From the human T2T-CHM13v2.0 reference genome, Homo sapiens: a DNA stretch of 64,000 nt. Every line of letters begins with the position of its first letter. Position 1 is the stretch's first letter. The notes beneath the pieces are model-generated. The model was given only the letters and a program-made list of their open reading frames with translations, searched no databases and was not told the origin of the DNA. Where the stretch lies: NCBI GenBank assembly GCA_009914755.4, contig CP068257.2, positions 33,664,001 through 33,728,000 of the forward strand, given 5' to 3'. This document shows positions 37,440-50,564 of this stretch, piece by piece. The translations under genes and the position numbers were made by a program.

Positions 37440-37645
37440 TTGCGGCCATCTAGAATGATGCTGCCCAATATAACAGCCCACAGTTGCATGTGACAATTTA
37501 GATTTCAATCAGCTAAAACTAAATAAAATAAAAGATTCAGTTCTTCAGTGGCACCAATCACATTTCAAGTGCTCATAGCCACATGTGGCTCTTGGCTACC
37601 ATGTTAGACAGAGCAGATATGGGCCATTTCCATCATCACAGAAAG
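37440..37645. mobile_element. Ancient palindromic DNA-transposon-like repeat fragment ('atagccacatgtggct..ggctaccatattggacagcacag' family)
   Basis: ..caatcacatttcaagtgctcatagccacatgtggctcttggctaccatgttagacagagcagatatgggcc.. matches a frequently seen human interspersed repeat. The exact family name is not recalled. Confidence 0.4.
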
Positions 37646-40373
37646 TACCACTGGACAATGCTGGTCTAAAACACAAGCCCAGGATAGCAGGCCTCTTCTC
37701 TGTCTTATTCACCACAGTATTTGCAGGCATCTAGAGAGAGCCCAGCACATAAGTGAAATACGGTCAAGAATTTTCCTAAAGTTCAGCTCTTTAAAATATG
37801 GTCCTCATCAACCTGTCCAGGCTTTGTTTTTCATTATTTATTCATTCATTAAACATAGATTTATATTTACTGATGTGCCGGGTGCTCTGCTAGATGCTGA
37901 GGATGAAAAATAAGACATAATCTCCATCCTCACAGAGCTCACTTCTACTGGGAAGACAGCAAATCGACTAGACAACTGGTCCACCCAATAATTACAGGTG
38001 GAGAAAAACACTATAAAGGAAAGAAACATGATGGAAAAGGCCACAAGCAGCTGCTGCCAATAGAATAGTTGGGGAAGGTGTCTTCGAGCAGGGGACACTC
38101 CAGCCAAGACCAGAAGCTCCTTGAATCCCTCTTCCCAGTCTGCCACAGTGGGTGGTACCTAAAAGCACTCAGTCAATAGTCGGTGGATGAATCACTGAGA
38201 AGGAGCCAGGTATTCAAAGGATCGGGGAAGGGCATTGTTGGCAAATTGGGTCTGAAACCTTTAATGTGAGACTGAGCTTGATCGGTGTGAATAGCAGAAA
38301 GAATACCACTAAGGCTGGAGCAGAATCAGCAGGTGGGAGAGAGAGGTGAGTTGGGATTTGAAGCAATATGGGGGCCTCTTGCTTAGGGGTGCATGACATG
38401 ATCTGATGTATGTTTAAATAAGACCACTCTGGCCACTCCACGGAGACTGCATTGGGATGGGGAACAGGTAGCAAAAGCAGAAGCAGGGAGTTCCGCAAGC
38501 AACCTTGGGCAGCGCCCAGCGAAGAGATGATGGTGATGCCAGCTTGGAGCAGGCTGAGAGCTGTCGGCATGGAGATGTGGCCACGCCCCACTATGTGTCA
38601 GTGAAATTGGAATTAGTGTCTCCAAGGCTATTCCTGCTGTCCTTCCTGTTCTGCTTCCCACCTCCCTCCCCACTTCTCCTGCCTCGGCTTGGGATGCTCT
38701 TCCCTCTCATTTTCACTTTCAAAATTCCACCTTACCCTTCAGTGCTCTCAGAAGTTATCGTCCCCCTTGGCAAAGTCTTCCCTGATTGTTGTGGCCGGAT
38801 ATAATTTGCCTATGCTTGGAAACCTTACAGCACTGACTCTACATGCCATCTGCATATGCAGCATTTAGCACACTGCCTGAAATCTGATTGAACTTGGTCT
38901 TCTGTATTCCATGGAGAACCACTAGATGACTTGGGCCTCATAAACATCTTCTTGTACCCTCTTTCAGGGTTAGCACCTAGTCCACTATCTTACATATGAG
39001 TACTCAAAACTATTTGTTGAAGGAACAAAGGACTGTCTCTGTGCTTGCTGGTGTGTATCGTTCTCTTCATTTAACATCTCATTTTTATTTGCATAACCCC
39101 ACCTCTTTGAATATCATTTGCTAACCAACTCTATGGAGGAAATACAAAACTATTCTTTTAAACATAGGATCTGTCCCTGGTGGGCTGCACTTGGCAGCAG
39201 CAATGGTCTGAAACCTCCAAAGACTTGGTAAGAGCTGTGGGGAAGTGCAAAGAGTGTTCAATTAACTCTCCTTACTCAAAGTAAATGGAGGTACTTAAGC
39301 CAACAGCCGTATATTCTCAATTGCTCTTATGACCAGACTGTGAACTCCTTAAACACGATTTATTCATCTCAGTTCGTGCAACACGGCATGTGCCTGGTGC
39401 ACAGTAGGCTCTCCAGACATGTTGGTTGAATGGATAAATCATAATATGAGCATTGAGCCTTCTGCTGGGCCCACTTGGAAGGCAATAAACCGCATAGTGG
39501 TGGCTCACCCCGGAATTACGGAGTCCTCTGAGAGGCAGGTCTCACCACCATGGAGAAGGTAGCACTACCATTTTACTGCACAGTCTTCCCAAATTTATGC
39601 GTTAAAAGTGTGCAGCAAGTAGGTAAAAATGCAAAGATAAACCTGATCAATTGTTTCTGTCTTACCCATCACCTGCCACCACGGAGAGTCATTGTTTTCT
39701 GTCTACTGCTTTCATTCATCTTTTTCCTTGCCCTGAAGCCGTTTTTCAGGGTTCCTGGCAAGGGGCCACCCTCCTTCCCTCATCCGATCAGGCCAGAAGA
39801 CAGCGTGAGTTGCTCTTTTCCCTTTTTCTTCTTTGTTTTCTTTTGTAAAGAGTTTCCATGCATGTTATTTGTAAATATCAGTACTATGTGTTTTTTGGCA
39901 TTAGCTTAGAGTATCTAATTTGTGATATCTTCCAGTTCATTACTTATAGTCTTAATTTCAGGAGCAAAAATGAGAGGATCTCTAGGCAGGAAGCTGTAAA
40001 CGAGGCTCCATGTGCAGTACATGTTTGGCCCAGGTCTTCCATGAGTATTCTACGTTTGCTACCATCCCTGAAATAAGTGCTTCCTTCCTCCTCTTTTTTT
40101 CCTCGTGGTGAGGGGAGGGGAGGGGGTTCCTCCTATTTTCTGCAACTGTTTACTTAAGCAGGCATCAATAATTCAGGACATCAGCTCCATTTCTGAAAGC
40201 CCAGGTGAGGGCAAAGGGCTTAGCACCAGGCCAGCGGCTCATTTACTCGCTCCTGCAGGACTCCACAGAGATTGCACCAGGCTCCTGCCCGGCCAGACCT
40301 CAGCCACACTTGAAGAGGGGAAGACGGTAAGCATTGACTTCAGAGTTCAGATCTCCTTTGTTTTCTTTCCTTA

Positions 40374-40519
40374 GCTACTTACCAGTTTCCCTGAACCTAT
40401 GAAGATGCCAGAGGCCGTCTCTGGAGTGAGGCCTCTCTGTTGGTTTTGAGCTGCAGCATGCCACCCAGAGCAGCCTCTGATCCCAGCCTCAGACCCAGGC
40501 TTCTGAAACCAGACCAGGT
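40374..40519 (+). other. Candidate internal exon (146 nt) with strong splice consensus, of unknown transcript
   Basis: Upstream polypyrimidine tract plus AG: tcctttgttttctttccttag|CTACTTACCAG.... Downstream donor: ..GAAACCAGACCAG|gtaaggagaatttga (a perfect CAG|gtaagga). It contains a short ORF ATGCCACCCAGAGCAGCCTCTGATCCCAGCCTCAGACCCAGGCTTCTGAAACCAGACCAG that is open into the donor. A second possible mini-exon lies at 40262-40327 (..tcgctcctgcag|GACTCC...GAAGACG|gtaagcatt). There is no repeat homology here. Confidence 0.25.
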
Positions 40520-42059
40520 AAGGAGAATTTGAATTTATTCCTTAATTTGACAAATGTTTATGAGACTCAAAGATGAAAATGTGGCTGTGACTTAAGAGAG
40601 GCAGAATTAAAGCCTGAGCTATACTTTCTTTATACCTAAGGTCAGAAGGCAACTGAGACATGGTCTCACATCTGGGATATGTGTAAGTTTCAGGACTGCA
40701 GGGACCTACGTAAACAGGTATTTATAGCCTCTTCCTCCTGAAATGATTCAAGGTGCTGGGTCTCTTTGTTCTGCAATTGAGTCTGGTTTCTCCAAGAAGT
40801 CCTCAAACATCTCTCCTTAAGTTCAAAATGTCTCCTTGAAAATAAAACCTAACTGGTCTGAGACATTATTTGGGATTTCTAGTTCAAAATGTGAGAAATG
40901 ACTCCTACTGCCAGGATAAAGGCACAAGTACATTTGTCCATCTCTGCCACCCTTTCCACCCCCAGCCCTACATGCCCCACTCCTACCTTCAGCCGGGTCA
41001 CTTGTAACCTCTGACTGGGGAGGGTCATCTCTATTTTCAAAAATATCCAGAGAAGACCAAGAACATTCCTTGATATCTCCACTCTCTCATGCAATGATCC
41101 TCAACAGCAACACAAACTTCTTATACCCCAAAACACTCAGACCACTTTTGAGAGCTCTTCCTCTCTTTCATCTCTCCCAATCAATCAACGATGGATCATT
41201 TGCCACCATTCTTCTGATAGTCACAATTTGATTAACTCAAAGGCGTTTTACAGTTGTGTTTATAGTTCTGCTTCCATGAACTCTCTCCTGCAGTTGCTTA
41301 ACTAATCTTTCCCTGCCCCAGACTTTGTCTAGTCCAGTGTATACTGCAAAGTATTGCCAGTCTAATCTCTCTATGACAGTTCTGATCAAGCCACTCCCCA
41401 ACCCATCCCACTCCAAACACCCTACCCCCATCAAAGGTATATGGCTGGTAAGTGACCTGAGCGAGATCTCTCTAGGAGACCCACTGATACTCATGCCTTA
41501 CGCCGAGCTCTCGGAATTTTCCGAGCATCTCTTTTGCTCTCTGGTGTCTCCACCATTCACCTCTTAAGACTCTCTCAACCCAGCAGGCTACCCTCCGTTC
41601 GCATTTCTACCTGTCAAGATCCTATCCATTCACCGAGCGTCACAGGAGAATTGTAGTTTATTACATAGGGTCCTTGGCCTACTTGCTCATAGTAGGTCTA
41701 GCTGGGAAGAGAGATGTAAACACAGACATTTGAATGCATACAGTGCTTTGGGGGCTGCTAAGGGGACAGAGCATAGGAGCCCTTAGCCTTTGTAGAGATG
41801 ACATTTAAACAGCTTCTTGCTGGGCAGGAAAAAGTTGGCCATATAAAGAAGTTGGTGGAAGGGTATTGCAGATAAAGGGAACCACATCAGCAAAGGAAAC
41901 TAAAAAGTGTTCATTAGAGAACATAGTATGCAGTCAAGACGGGCCCAAGCCATTATCAAGAACTTCCCACATAGCAAGAAGGCTTGGCACCACACCCTTT
42001 GCTTGGCCTACCTTGTTTCACTCACCTCATACCCTGTAAGGTGGATACTGTTAGCATCG

Positions 42060-42200
42060 AAGCTGTTTTACAGATGAAGACACTGAGACACAAAGAAATG
42101 GAGTAACAGCCAGGTTCACACAGATAGCAAGTTAAGTGTGGAGCCCAGCTTTGAACCCAGGAATCTGACTACAAAAACTGAACTCTACATAGCTATTCCT
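42060..42200 (-). mobile_element. MIR fragment (minus orientation)
   Basis: gctgttttacagatgaagacactgagacacaaagaaatggagtaacagccaggttcacacagatagcaagttaagtgtggagcccagctttgaacccaggaatctgactacaaaaactgaactcta matches the reverse-complement MIR (ttttacagatgaggaaactgaggcacagagaggttaagtaacttgcccaaggtcacacagctagtaagtggcagagctgggatttgaacccaggcagtctgactccagagcc). Confidence 0.85.
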
Positions 42201-42609
42201 CTTCAGCTGAGAATGCAGTTACAGAAAAAGGCCAAGGTGCCTTCAAAGTTCTGTAGTTAGTGGGTTCCAGGTGTGGCTTTGCATCAGTTACTTGTGCCAC
42301 GGACACTTTCTCGGTTTTAGTTTCTTCATCTATAGCCGTGTTTCCCAACAGGGAGTGATTGTACCCCGCCCCCCGCCCCGGGGCACATTTGGCAATATCA
42401 GGATACATTTTGGATGGATATAGTGGAGGTGGGGTGGGGGAGCGCTATACAACCAGTGGGCAGAAGCCAAGGATGCTGCTCAACATTGTGCAATGGATAG
42501 CAACAGGGCCCCCACCACAAAGAATGATCTGACCCCAGTATCAACAGCACTGAGGCTGAGAACATCTGCTTTATGGAGGAGGCTTAAGACCCACACATGC
42601 ACCCCACAT

Positions 42610-42790
42610 CACTGACTATTCTAAGTGTTCCAGGAGCTAACGTGCACAAAACTCCCGTGGCAGAAACTATTGGCTGAAACTGCAAAGTTCCCAGGGGGAC
42701 TCGATCCTCTTGGGTGGATCTTCTTCGAGTTTACTTCAATGACAAGATCCACGTCCTCCATGAACCCCGTGTTTTCTTCAAATAAAGTCC
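42610..42790 (+). repeat. Copy 1 of a roughly 180-bp paired segment (about 80% identical to 43745-43935)
   Basis: cactgactattctaagtgttccaggagctaacgtgcacaaaactc...gaaactattggctgaaactgcaaagttcccagggggactcgatcctcttgggtggatcttcttcgagtttacttcaatgacaagatccacgtcctccatgaaccccgtgttttcttcaaataaag versus the 43.7 kb copy. Confidence 0.7.
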
Positions 42791-43744
42791 TGCAGGCCCA
42801 CGTGGCTGCCTGGGCTGCTGGCAGCAGCCTCTTAGCTCCCGCTGCACTGGGTTTTCTCTTGGAGGTTGCACCCCTTGCCGTGACTGTGTTTCATCTCGCC
42901 TGTTCCTGGCATTGCCTCTGACAGCTGGACTTACTGAGAGACCAGGCCCCAGATGAAAATTCTCAGCACGGCCCCACCATGCTCCCTGGCCCAACCCAGG
43001 CTGGAGTAAGACAGTCAGACATTTCTTCTCTGCTTAGTATTCATCTTTCTTTCCCCAGTTATCTGTATTTACTTTGAAAATCATTTCCTCTGTTTTACTC
43101 GGTTTGCCTTTGAGCCCAATTGCCTGCTCAGTTCCCTGTCCCTTCTGTTTATTTCTACTTCTCATTTTTCCCATTGATCAGATGCCCTGGAAATATAGCA
43201 GGAACAGTGTGTTCCCTGTAATATTTGGTTACACTTAATATTTCTCAGCAAAATGTAGCCTTGGAACACCAAGCGGTAAAAATCCAGGCCTGCTCTGCTT
43301 ACACTGGACATCGGCTTCAGCACAGGCTCCGATTCATTTCGGATCTATTCCCTCCTTAAAGGGGAGTCACACCCAGCCTACAGCAGGAAGGTGCCTCAGC
43401 AGGCGAACTGCCAAGCATGTGCACAGAAAGCTGTTTCCTCAAATAAGTGCACGGCTATAACACAGTAGGTGCTTGACTGAATAAAGATACGGCACCCTGT
43501 GAAAGTGCCAGATGAATATGCTGTCGAATCCCACAACTCTTCCGTAAACACAGTTTTTCTAGATCAGCCTTTGCCATCAGGGCTACTAATCCTAATTTTC
43601 CCTGATGCCACTTTATGATTATGTGACTCAAACTGAGAACTAATGAAACTCTTTCGTGCCACAGTCGTCCTTACAGGCCCCTTTGGTGAGCGGATGAAAG
43701 CTATGCAACTTTTCTCCAGAACTGCCTTGCCTGCCTCACAGAAT

Positions 43745-43935
43745 ATTCTGAATGTTCTGGGCACTAATGTGGATGAAACTCATTACTTAGGAATGCATTT
43801 GCCAGAGACTATTGGCTTAAACCGCAGTCTCTGAGGGGACCCAGTCCTCCTGGGTGGCTCTTCTCTGTGTTTGCTTCAGTGATAGAATCCTCTTTCTACA
43901 TGAACCCTGTGTTTTCTTTAGAATACAATATTTAG
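43745..43935 (+). repeat. Copy 2 of the roughly 180-bp paired segment
   Basis: cacagaatattctgaatgttctgggcactaatgtggatgaaactc...gagactattggcttaaaccgcagtctctgaggggacccagtcctcctgggtggctcttctctgtgtttgcttcagtgatagaatcctctttctacatgaaccctgtgttttctttagaatacaat. Confidence 0.7.
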
Positions 43936-46718
43936 TTAACCCTCAGCAGGGTCCCACCCACGAAACCCATGGTTTCAAACTTAAGAACCAGTCTCTACCT
44001 TCTTGGTTTAGAAAATACCACTAGGAAATACCGTGAGTGAAGCATTGTTTAGTTACGGTAACAGAAATCAACAGCAACACAACAACACAAACTCTTACTC
44101 AAACCCATCAACAGTTCCCACCCAAAGTTTCTCTTTGGGCATAAAGATATATTTTCTTGTGTGGCTTTAAAAAGCCAGGAATATGTATATGACAAAGAAA
44201 GACACTGAAAAGCAAGAGATGAGGAAACAAATTGAAAACCAAGGTTTTTGAGGAAGCGTATCCTCACCTCTCACCTAACGGAACAGGGTTAATAAGTGGC
44301 CCATCAGCACTGAGAAAGTTATAGGGGCAGCTCTGAACTAAAGTCTCAAATATAGTATGATGTGAACGTGACCATACACGCCCCAGGTAGAGTTCTGGCA
44401 GCAACCCGCTAGACCACAGACCCCTCGCAGCAACCAGATCTTTGTCTTGGTCCTGTTCTCTTCCACTAGGTTGAAGAGTATTCAGTTCTGTGTATCTGTA
44501 TCACTACCCCTACCCCAGCCTTCTAAGGAGGTGGGACACTTCATCTGCTGAGCCAGCAACTAGACCTTCATCATGACGTGTGGGGAGGGGGCTGATGGAG
44601 CTCCCAAGTTTTGCTCAGAAAAAGGGAGTGGGTAAGGGATGAATGGGAGAGAGAACCACTCAAGGTGAAAAGAGTGGAGGATGGGAAACCTGCATACAGA
44701 GACAGGAGCGAGGGAAGCCATGGAGAGGATTTCTTAAATTAAAGCTCCCCTTTACTTGGGCTTCTAGAAGCCTCCATGTCATTTAAAGTGATTAGAACTG
44801 GAGAGAGAAAGACACAAAGTGGCCAGATAGTCAAAATGTCAAATTCTTCTGAACTATGCCGTTATCTGCAACTGAGATATTTTCACTTCTGTGCTGCTTG
44901 GAGGATGCAGATAAAATCCACCCACTTTATCTGGTAAGAGGTCCCAGTCCTCTTCATGGCTGAAAAGAATCAGCACCATACACACGTGTGGATTTCTCTT
45001 CCTTTCCTCTCCATCTGAGCAAGGCAGGAACTCATGGTTTAAGCAAGAGAAAGAAACAAAGTGAGAAATGAAGAATCATGGGCAGTGTGGGGCAGGTGTG
45101 GAGGGATGCAGTTTATACACAGAGAAGATTTGCAGACCCAGGACCCAGGGTCAAGGAAGAGCACGTCTTTCCCCAGCTCTTCTGCCTCTCCACTCACCAT
45201 GGCAGGGGAGAGATTTTCCACAGAGACGAGCCCATAATGGAGGCAATAACCCTCTCCAGCGCAGGACTCTGCACCTCCAAGGCACCCTTTCTGATCATCT
45301 CAGAGGGAGAAAAGCCAAGCCCTTTTCTTTTCACATCCTCCTGTCTTTCATCCCCTCTGTGCCTTGATTTCAAAGCCTTTCTGAAACAAATGTGAAGTTG
45401 AAAGGATAGACTTCAATTATTTTATTTTGTAAAGGTTAAAAAGGTTCTTGTAAATGACTGATGCAAATACTGGAAACCCAGTTAAAACAACTGGATACCA
45501 GATGGCAAAGGAGAGTGGTTTACTGTAAAGTGTTATGGAGTAGGAGCTCATTTACAAGAAGCAATTACACAAACAGCCCTGAGCATCCAAGATCCCATAA
45601 AAGAGTGGCTGGGGTGAAAGTGCAGGATTGGCTGAGCACGTATGATTTCCACATCCCAATGTGAACTGTGCAATTGTTATCTTACCTGTTGCCCTTCCAC
45701 TGGGCTACGATTCTAAGTCTAGGCTGGCCTGCCAAGAAGCACAGTCACAGCCCTAAACAGAGATGCTTGCACTTTCTCCATCACTTAGTGGCCTAGGGGA
45801 GTTTCCTCATAGGAGAACTTTAACAATACAAGGAGTGTAGGCAGCTGGCATCATTGTATTGAAGCCTGGGGAACTTGGTTTTTATCTCAGGTCAAGAGAA
45901 CAGGAGAAAATCCCTTTACAATCTGGATGCCTTTTTTCTCTCATTATAATAAATTGAGAATGAGCACAATACACTTTACTGTCCATGTTCAATCCTAGGT
46001 ATGCTCTTGCATGCATGTAGACACTGTATGCAAATCACAAAAGCAAATCATGAAGCTGTAGCTGAGAATTTGACATTGTAGTTTCTTGCTCTACACACCC
46101 ATCAGGTCTGGGCTGACCTGGCTGCCCTCCTCCATGTTAAACCTCCTGGTGCCCATTTCAGTGCCCTGAGGCCAAGTCTCTGCCTCCAAGTGCCATGACC
46201 TCCCCAAGGTCAGCCTTCTGGTTTATCTTACCTTGGCTAGACCGGGTAAACCTTTACATCTGGTAATCAACTTGACTGTGATCTGTGCTGGGAAGAGACC
46301 ATGCACTCACTCCAGAACACAATCACAGGGCAGGTGGTAACATGTGCTTTTGGGGAGGCTTTCTATAAACCCATACATATCCCAGGCATTACTCTTTTTT
46401 ATCAGAGCCTTTTCTGGGGGGAAATTACAGTCAAGAATGTAAGTTTCACCTTGCCAAGGCAGTGAGAAAAATACTTGTGTGCAGGTGGGACTTCCAGGGC
46501 CTGGAAATCACAGTAACCATTCTCATGGCCAGTCAAGATATTTTGATCCTGGAGAAAGCAGGATTAGAAACCAGACCACCATACTGATACACCCTAGGAT
46601 GTCCTGCAGCCCCTGGTCCAACAGAGAGGGCCTCCCTCAAGACATACTGAAATGGAGCTGGCAGATCAGAACCTAATGGAATACACCTGAAAAAAAGCAT
46701 CTGACCCTCAAATGTTTA

Positions 46719-46782
46719 TCAATTGATTAATGAATACACAAATGCAGTCTAATTGATTAATGAATACACAAATGCAGTCTAT
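46719..46782 (+). repeat. Roughly 31-bp tandem duplication (2 units)
   Basis: aattgattaatgaatacacaaatgcagtct | aattgattaatgaatacacaaatgcagtct, followed by atcaatgcag. Confidence 0.95.
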
Positions 46783-48029
46783 CAATGCAGTGGAATAGTA
46801 TTTAGCAATAAAGGAAAGTAGGACTATTTTATGCTACAACATGGATAAATCTGGAAAATGTGATGCTCGATGAAAGAAATCAGAAACAAAGGATTTGCAT
46901 ATTATATAATTCTGTGCATGTGAAATGTCTAGAATAGGCCAACCTATAGAAAAAGGAAGTAGATCAATGCTTATCAGGTGCAAGGCAGGGATGGGAATGA
47001 CCGCTCATAGTATGGGGTCTGTTTCAAAGGTGACAAAAATATTCTGGAATTAAATAATTGTGGTCATTGAACAACTTTGAAAATATACCAAAAAACACTG
47101 GATTATATAAGGATAAATTTATGGAATGTGAATTCTATCTCAATAAATCAAAAAGCATGGGATGATTCTGCATCCCAGCAGGGAATGACTCCTACTCTCA
47201 TTTTGGGGACAACCACAGTAGAATGCTGTGTCTCGTAAGTTTCACAAACACCTTCCTAAAATTTTTATGGTAGATTTAGCGCTGGAGTTAAAGCTGATTT
47301 ACATGAGTATCTTTTCTTCTTCTGAGGAGACACATCCCTGGGTAATGTAAAGCCAGATTCAAATTCCTGTTCTATGTTCTGTGGGAGTTGGGGGTTGAGG
47401 GGTATCAAGGACCCTAGTTTGAAGCCAGTCACAGTTTGCTGAAGTTCTGAGCTTCCTCAGCACAAAGACCCATAATCTAATTTCAACTAGATCTCCTCTG
47501 TTCTCAGAGCCTGTGGAGTCCCCTCTATCCTCTCCCTCCTCTCCCATCTCTCTGAGCTCCAGTTTGTGAGGATCTCAGGAGCTTGTGGAAGTCATCCCTC
47601 CTTCCTTATTTTACCCTCTTCCCTAAGGCAACAGGCTGAGTCCACGTCCTCAACAAGTGTGGTCATTCCTATGATCTGCCTCTCCTCCTGCTTTCACCAA
47701 ACCTCCCAGGCCTATTAAGTTGCCCCTGACCTCCTTGCACTGAGATCCATCCACTCATCCCCTCCTTCATTCAACTAATATGTACTGAGCGCTGGCTATG
47801 TGCTGGGCACTGTGCCAGGAGCTGGGAATACAGTGGTGGATGGGGCACTCAAGGTAAAGCTGGCAATACTCAAGGAAACCAAGCCATCAGATGGAAGTTT
47901 CCACCAATCAGCCCACAATGAGCCCTTAAGCCCAGCAGTCTGCACTCCTAGAAGGAGAATACTTAGATTACTTCCTTTTTCTCACTGTAGTTAAACTTCC
48001 AAGGGCTCTCTTGCCCTCCCAGACACGTG

Positions 48030-48300
48030 GTGAATTCCATCTTCTTGCCATTTCCAATGGGTTGGAGCCATGCGGCTAGTCCTTCCAATCCCTTGCTGCA
48101 GCAGTTATAGAAAAGGTCTTGTGTTGACATGGCCAAGCCCCAAGATCGAAGCAACCTGTATTACTAGGTTGTAACTCAGAAGAAAGTTGCCTCGAGGAGT
48201 TTCTTAAAGCTGTAACAGACTCAGCCTGAGTGAGAAATAAACCTTTGTGGTATCAAGCCACTGAGATGGTGGATGTGTTTATTTATAACAGCATGCCCAG
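48030..48300 (+). mobile_element. Ancient MaLR-like LTR fragment (same family as 9960-10262)
   Basis: ..ccatgcggctagtcc...gcctgagtgagaaataaacctttgtggtatcaagccactgagatggtggatgtgtttatttataacagcatgcccaggtttactctagc matches the family tail ..gagtgagaaataaacctttgttgttttaagccactgagattttggggttgttttgttactgcagcataacctagcc. Confidence 0.4.
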
Positions 48301-50564
48301 GTTTACTCTAGCTAGTGCATCCACTGAGAAAACAAGGTTCTAAGTTGCATATAAGCCCTCCAGAATATTTTCTGGACCGTTCTCGCAGAAGAGCAAGTCA
48401 TAGACCACAGCAATGGTCTGTAATTAAGAAGGAAAAGAGAAGAGTGCAGATTGATCGTATTTCATATCAAATTGTGCTTAAATTATATAAACAATCAGTT
48501 ACATAAATGGAATTGCAATGGCAAATGTTTTGATAATCAAAGTCTGTGCCACTGGTCATTCAAAATGTGTTTCTGTTTCTTTAAGTGCTTACTTGGGGGA
48601 TGCCAGATGAATTCGGGGGCTTCTTGGAGTGATTTCTCATCCCAGAGATGTTTTTGTAGCTATACTTTGGCCCTCCAAATGTTCACATTTGATATACGCC
48701 ACTCAAAAATAGCTACCAATGGAAGGCATGACCTTGGGCTGACAATTTATTTAGGAACCAGCAAGGCCAGGCTGTCCTATGTCTTTTTAGGTTATTCTCT
48801 GCGTTGATTCCGGTCAATAGCCTGTTTTAAGAAAAGCTTAGGCCAGATTTAAAAAAAAAGAAAATCTGCCTTCCCTTGAGTAAACACGGTAACCTGACAG
48901 CTCCAGTGGGTAAATAATGCACTTTTTAAAAGCCTTTCCAAATAGGTCTTTATCCAGCAAGCTGCTTTTATAAGCTACCACTCTTCCTAATATCTATTTA
49001 TTCAAAACTTCTTAAAAAATGATAGACATCTATTGAATCTGAATTTTCTGGATTTTCTTTTTTTTTTTTAATTTTAAAGAAGAAATGTATTTTTTCCCTT
49101 CTGGTTAGAGAAAAAGTTTTTCTTGAAATATGATCCTCTCAGATAAATAATGGCAATAAAAGTAAATGGAAAGTGGGAAAGAACATGGTTTCTTAGTGCA
49201 GTGTGCAGCACTTTCTAATTGGAAAAGGCTAAAAGGGAGTTTTCCTTGGAGGCCTCCCATCTGACTTGAGACCAAGCAAAACAGTGATTTGCTTATGAGC
49301 ATTGAGGTCTCTGTTTCCCTTGTTAAAAGGGAAGCTAAGAATGGAAGAAATGTACTAAGTTATAAACCTGTATTATGGCAATGATTTGTGTGGATATTTC
49401 ATACATTATGGTGAGATATAGAAATTATAGAATACAATGAGCAGTAAAGACCTTTGAAGTCACCACTCAACCCCAGGTGGAAACCGAGTCTCTCACTACT
49501 GAGTCTTGCTGAAGATCACAGCCACCTTCAGCCCACATTTTTTACTCTTGCTAGCATAGTACTCTGCTCATGTTGAAACACTCTATTTTTCCACTTAAAA
49601 AGAAATCTATCCAGCTTAGCTGAGTTTTTCTGGAATTTTAAGGAATTTATGCACCTGTCACAGGAAGGTTTGGGTTTGCTGATGGCTTTAAAAGCCAGAG
49701 CTTTGGTAGTTTAGGCCCTCCTGAGGTCCTGAGGTCCTGTTACCTCATCAGTCATCAAAAATGGTTATTGTTGCTCTTTTCAAGGGTCTTCTCATTTCCT
49801 TAATAAGAAATAATAATTCAGTAATGTTTTCATAATTACTATGAAAATATTGTATTGTAGATAAAAGCAAGAGCAAGACTGGCCTATAACTTAACAGTAG
49901 CAGTATTTCTGCAAGAGTATGACTGTCCTGTGATTTAACAGTCTCACCATTTCCTCTGCCTCTCTCTTTCCTTCCCTCCCACTCCCATTCTCATTTCCTT
50001 GCTACTTTTGCCTTTTCATTTTACATTTTTGTTCATGTATGATATACATGCAGATAAAGCACACAGCTCAAGAAAACAACATGAGCAGCACCCACAAAAG
50101 CCCACTGGGGCAGCCATAACACCATAGATCGCTTTTCCTGTTTTTCTTTTGATAGAAATGGAATCTTCTAATGTACAGCTTTTGTGTCTGACTTCTGTCC
50201 CTCACGCTTATGCTAGTGAGATTCATCTGTTGTAGCATGTATTGTTTTTTTTTTCCATTTTAAAATCCATTCCCTCCCCATCTGGGGTAAATTTACCTCC
50301 ATCTTTCTGACTGGTACTACTCCTCTTCTCCTTTGTGTCTTAGATTTTATTGCCCTATTCTGACTTATTTTCTTTGCCGAGTCAGACATGTCATTTGGAC
50401 TAGAGCAGTGGAGACAGCACACTGTTCCTGAAATGTGCAGGTGAATACCTCTCCTCCAGGATCCACCCAATGGATACACCTGCAGCTGGCCACATATGCA
50501 GGCGATCTATGATACTATGAAAGGCCCCGTCTAAAGTGCTTTTACAAGAGAGGATGTCGGCATC

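Noticed and set aside
38214-38804. Cluster of overlapping 96-125-aa ORFs on both strands at 38.2-38.8 kb in repeat-free sequence
   Set aside because: Overlapping ORFs on both strands in a GC-richer patch are expected by chance. They are Pro/Ser/Leu-rich with no domain resemblance and no flanking splice signals.
39550-40076. ORF 39550-39909 (119 aa) starting at caccATGGag with a Kozak-like context
   Set aside because: The Kozak-like context is the only supporting feature. The translation is low-complexity (FFFVFF..) and is overlapped by other ORFs. Only the splice-flanked segment at 40374-40519 was kept as a weak candidate exon.
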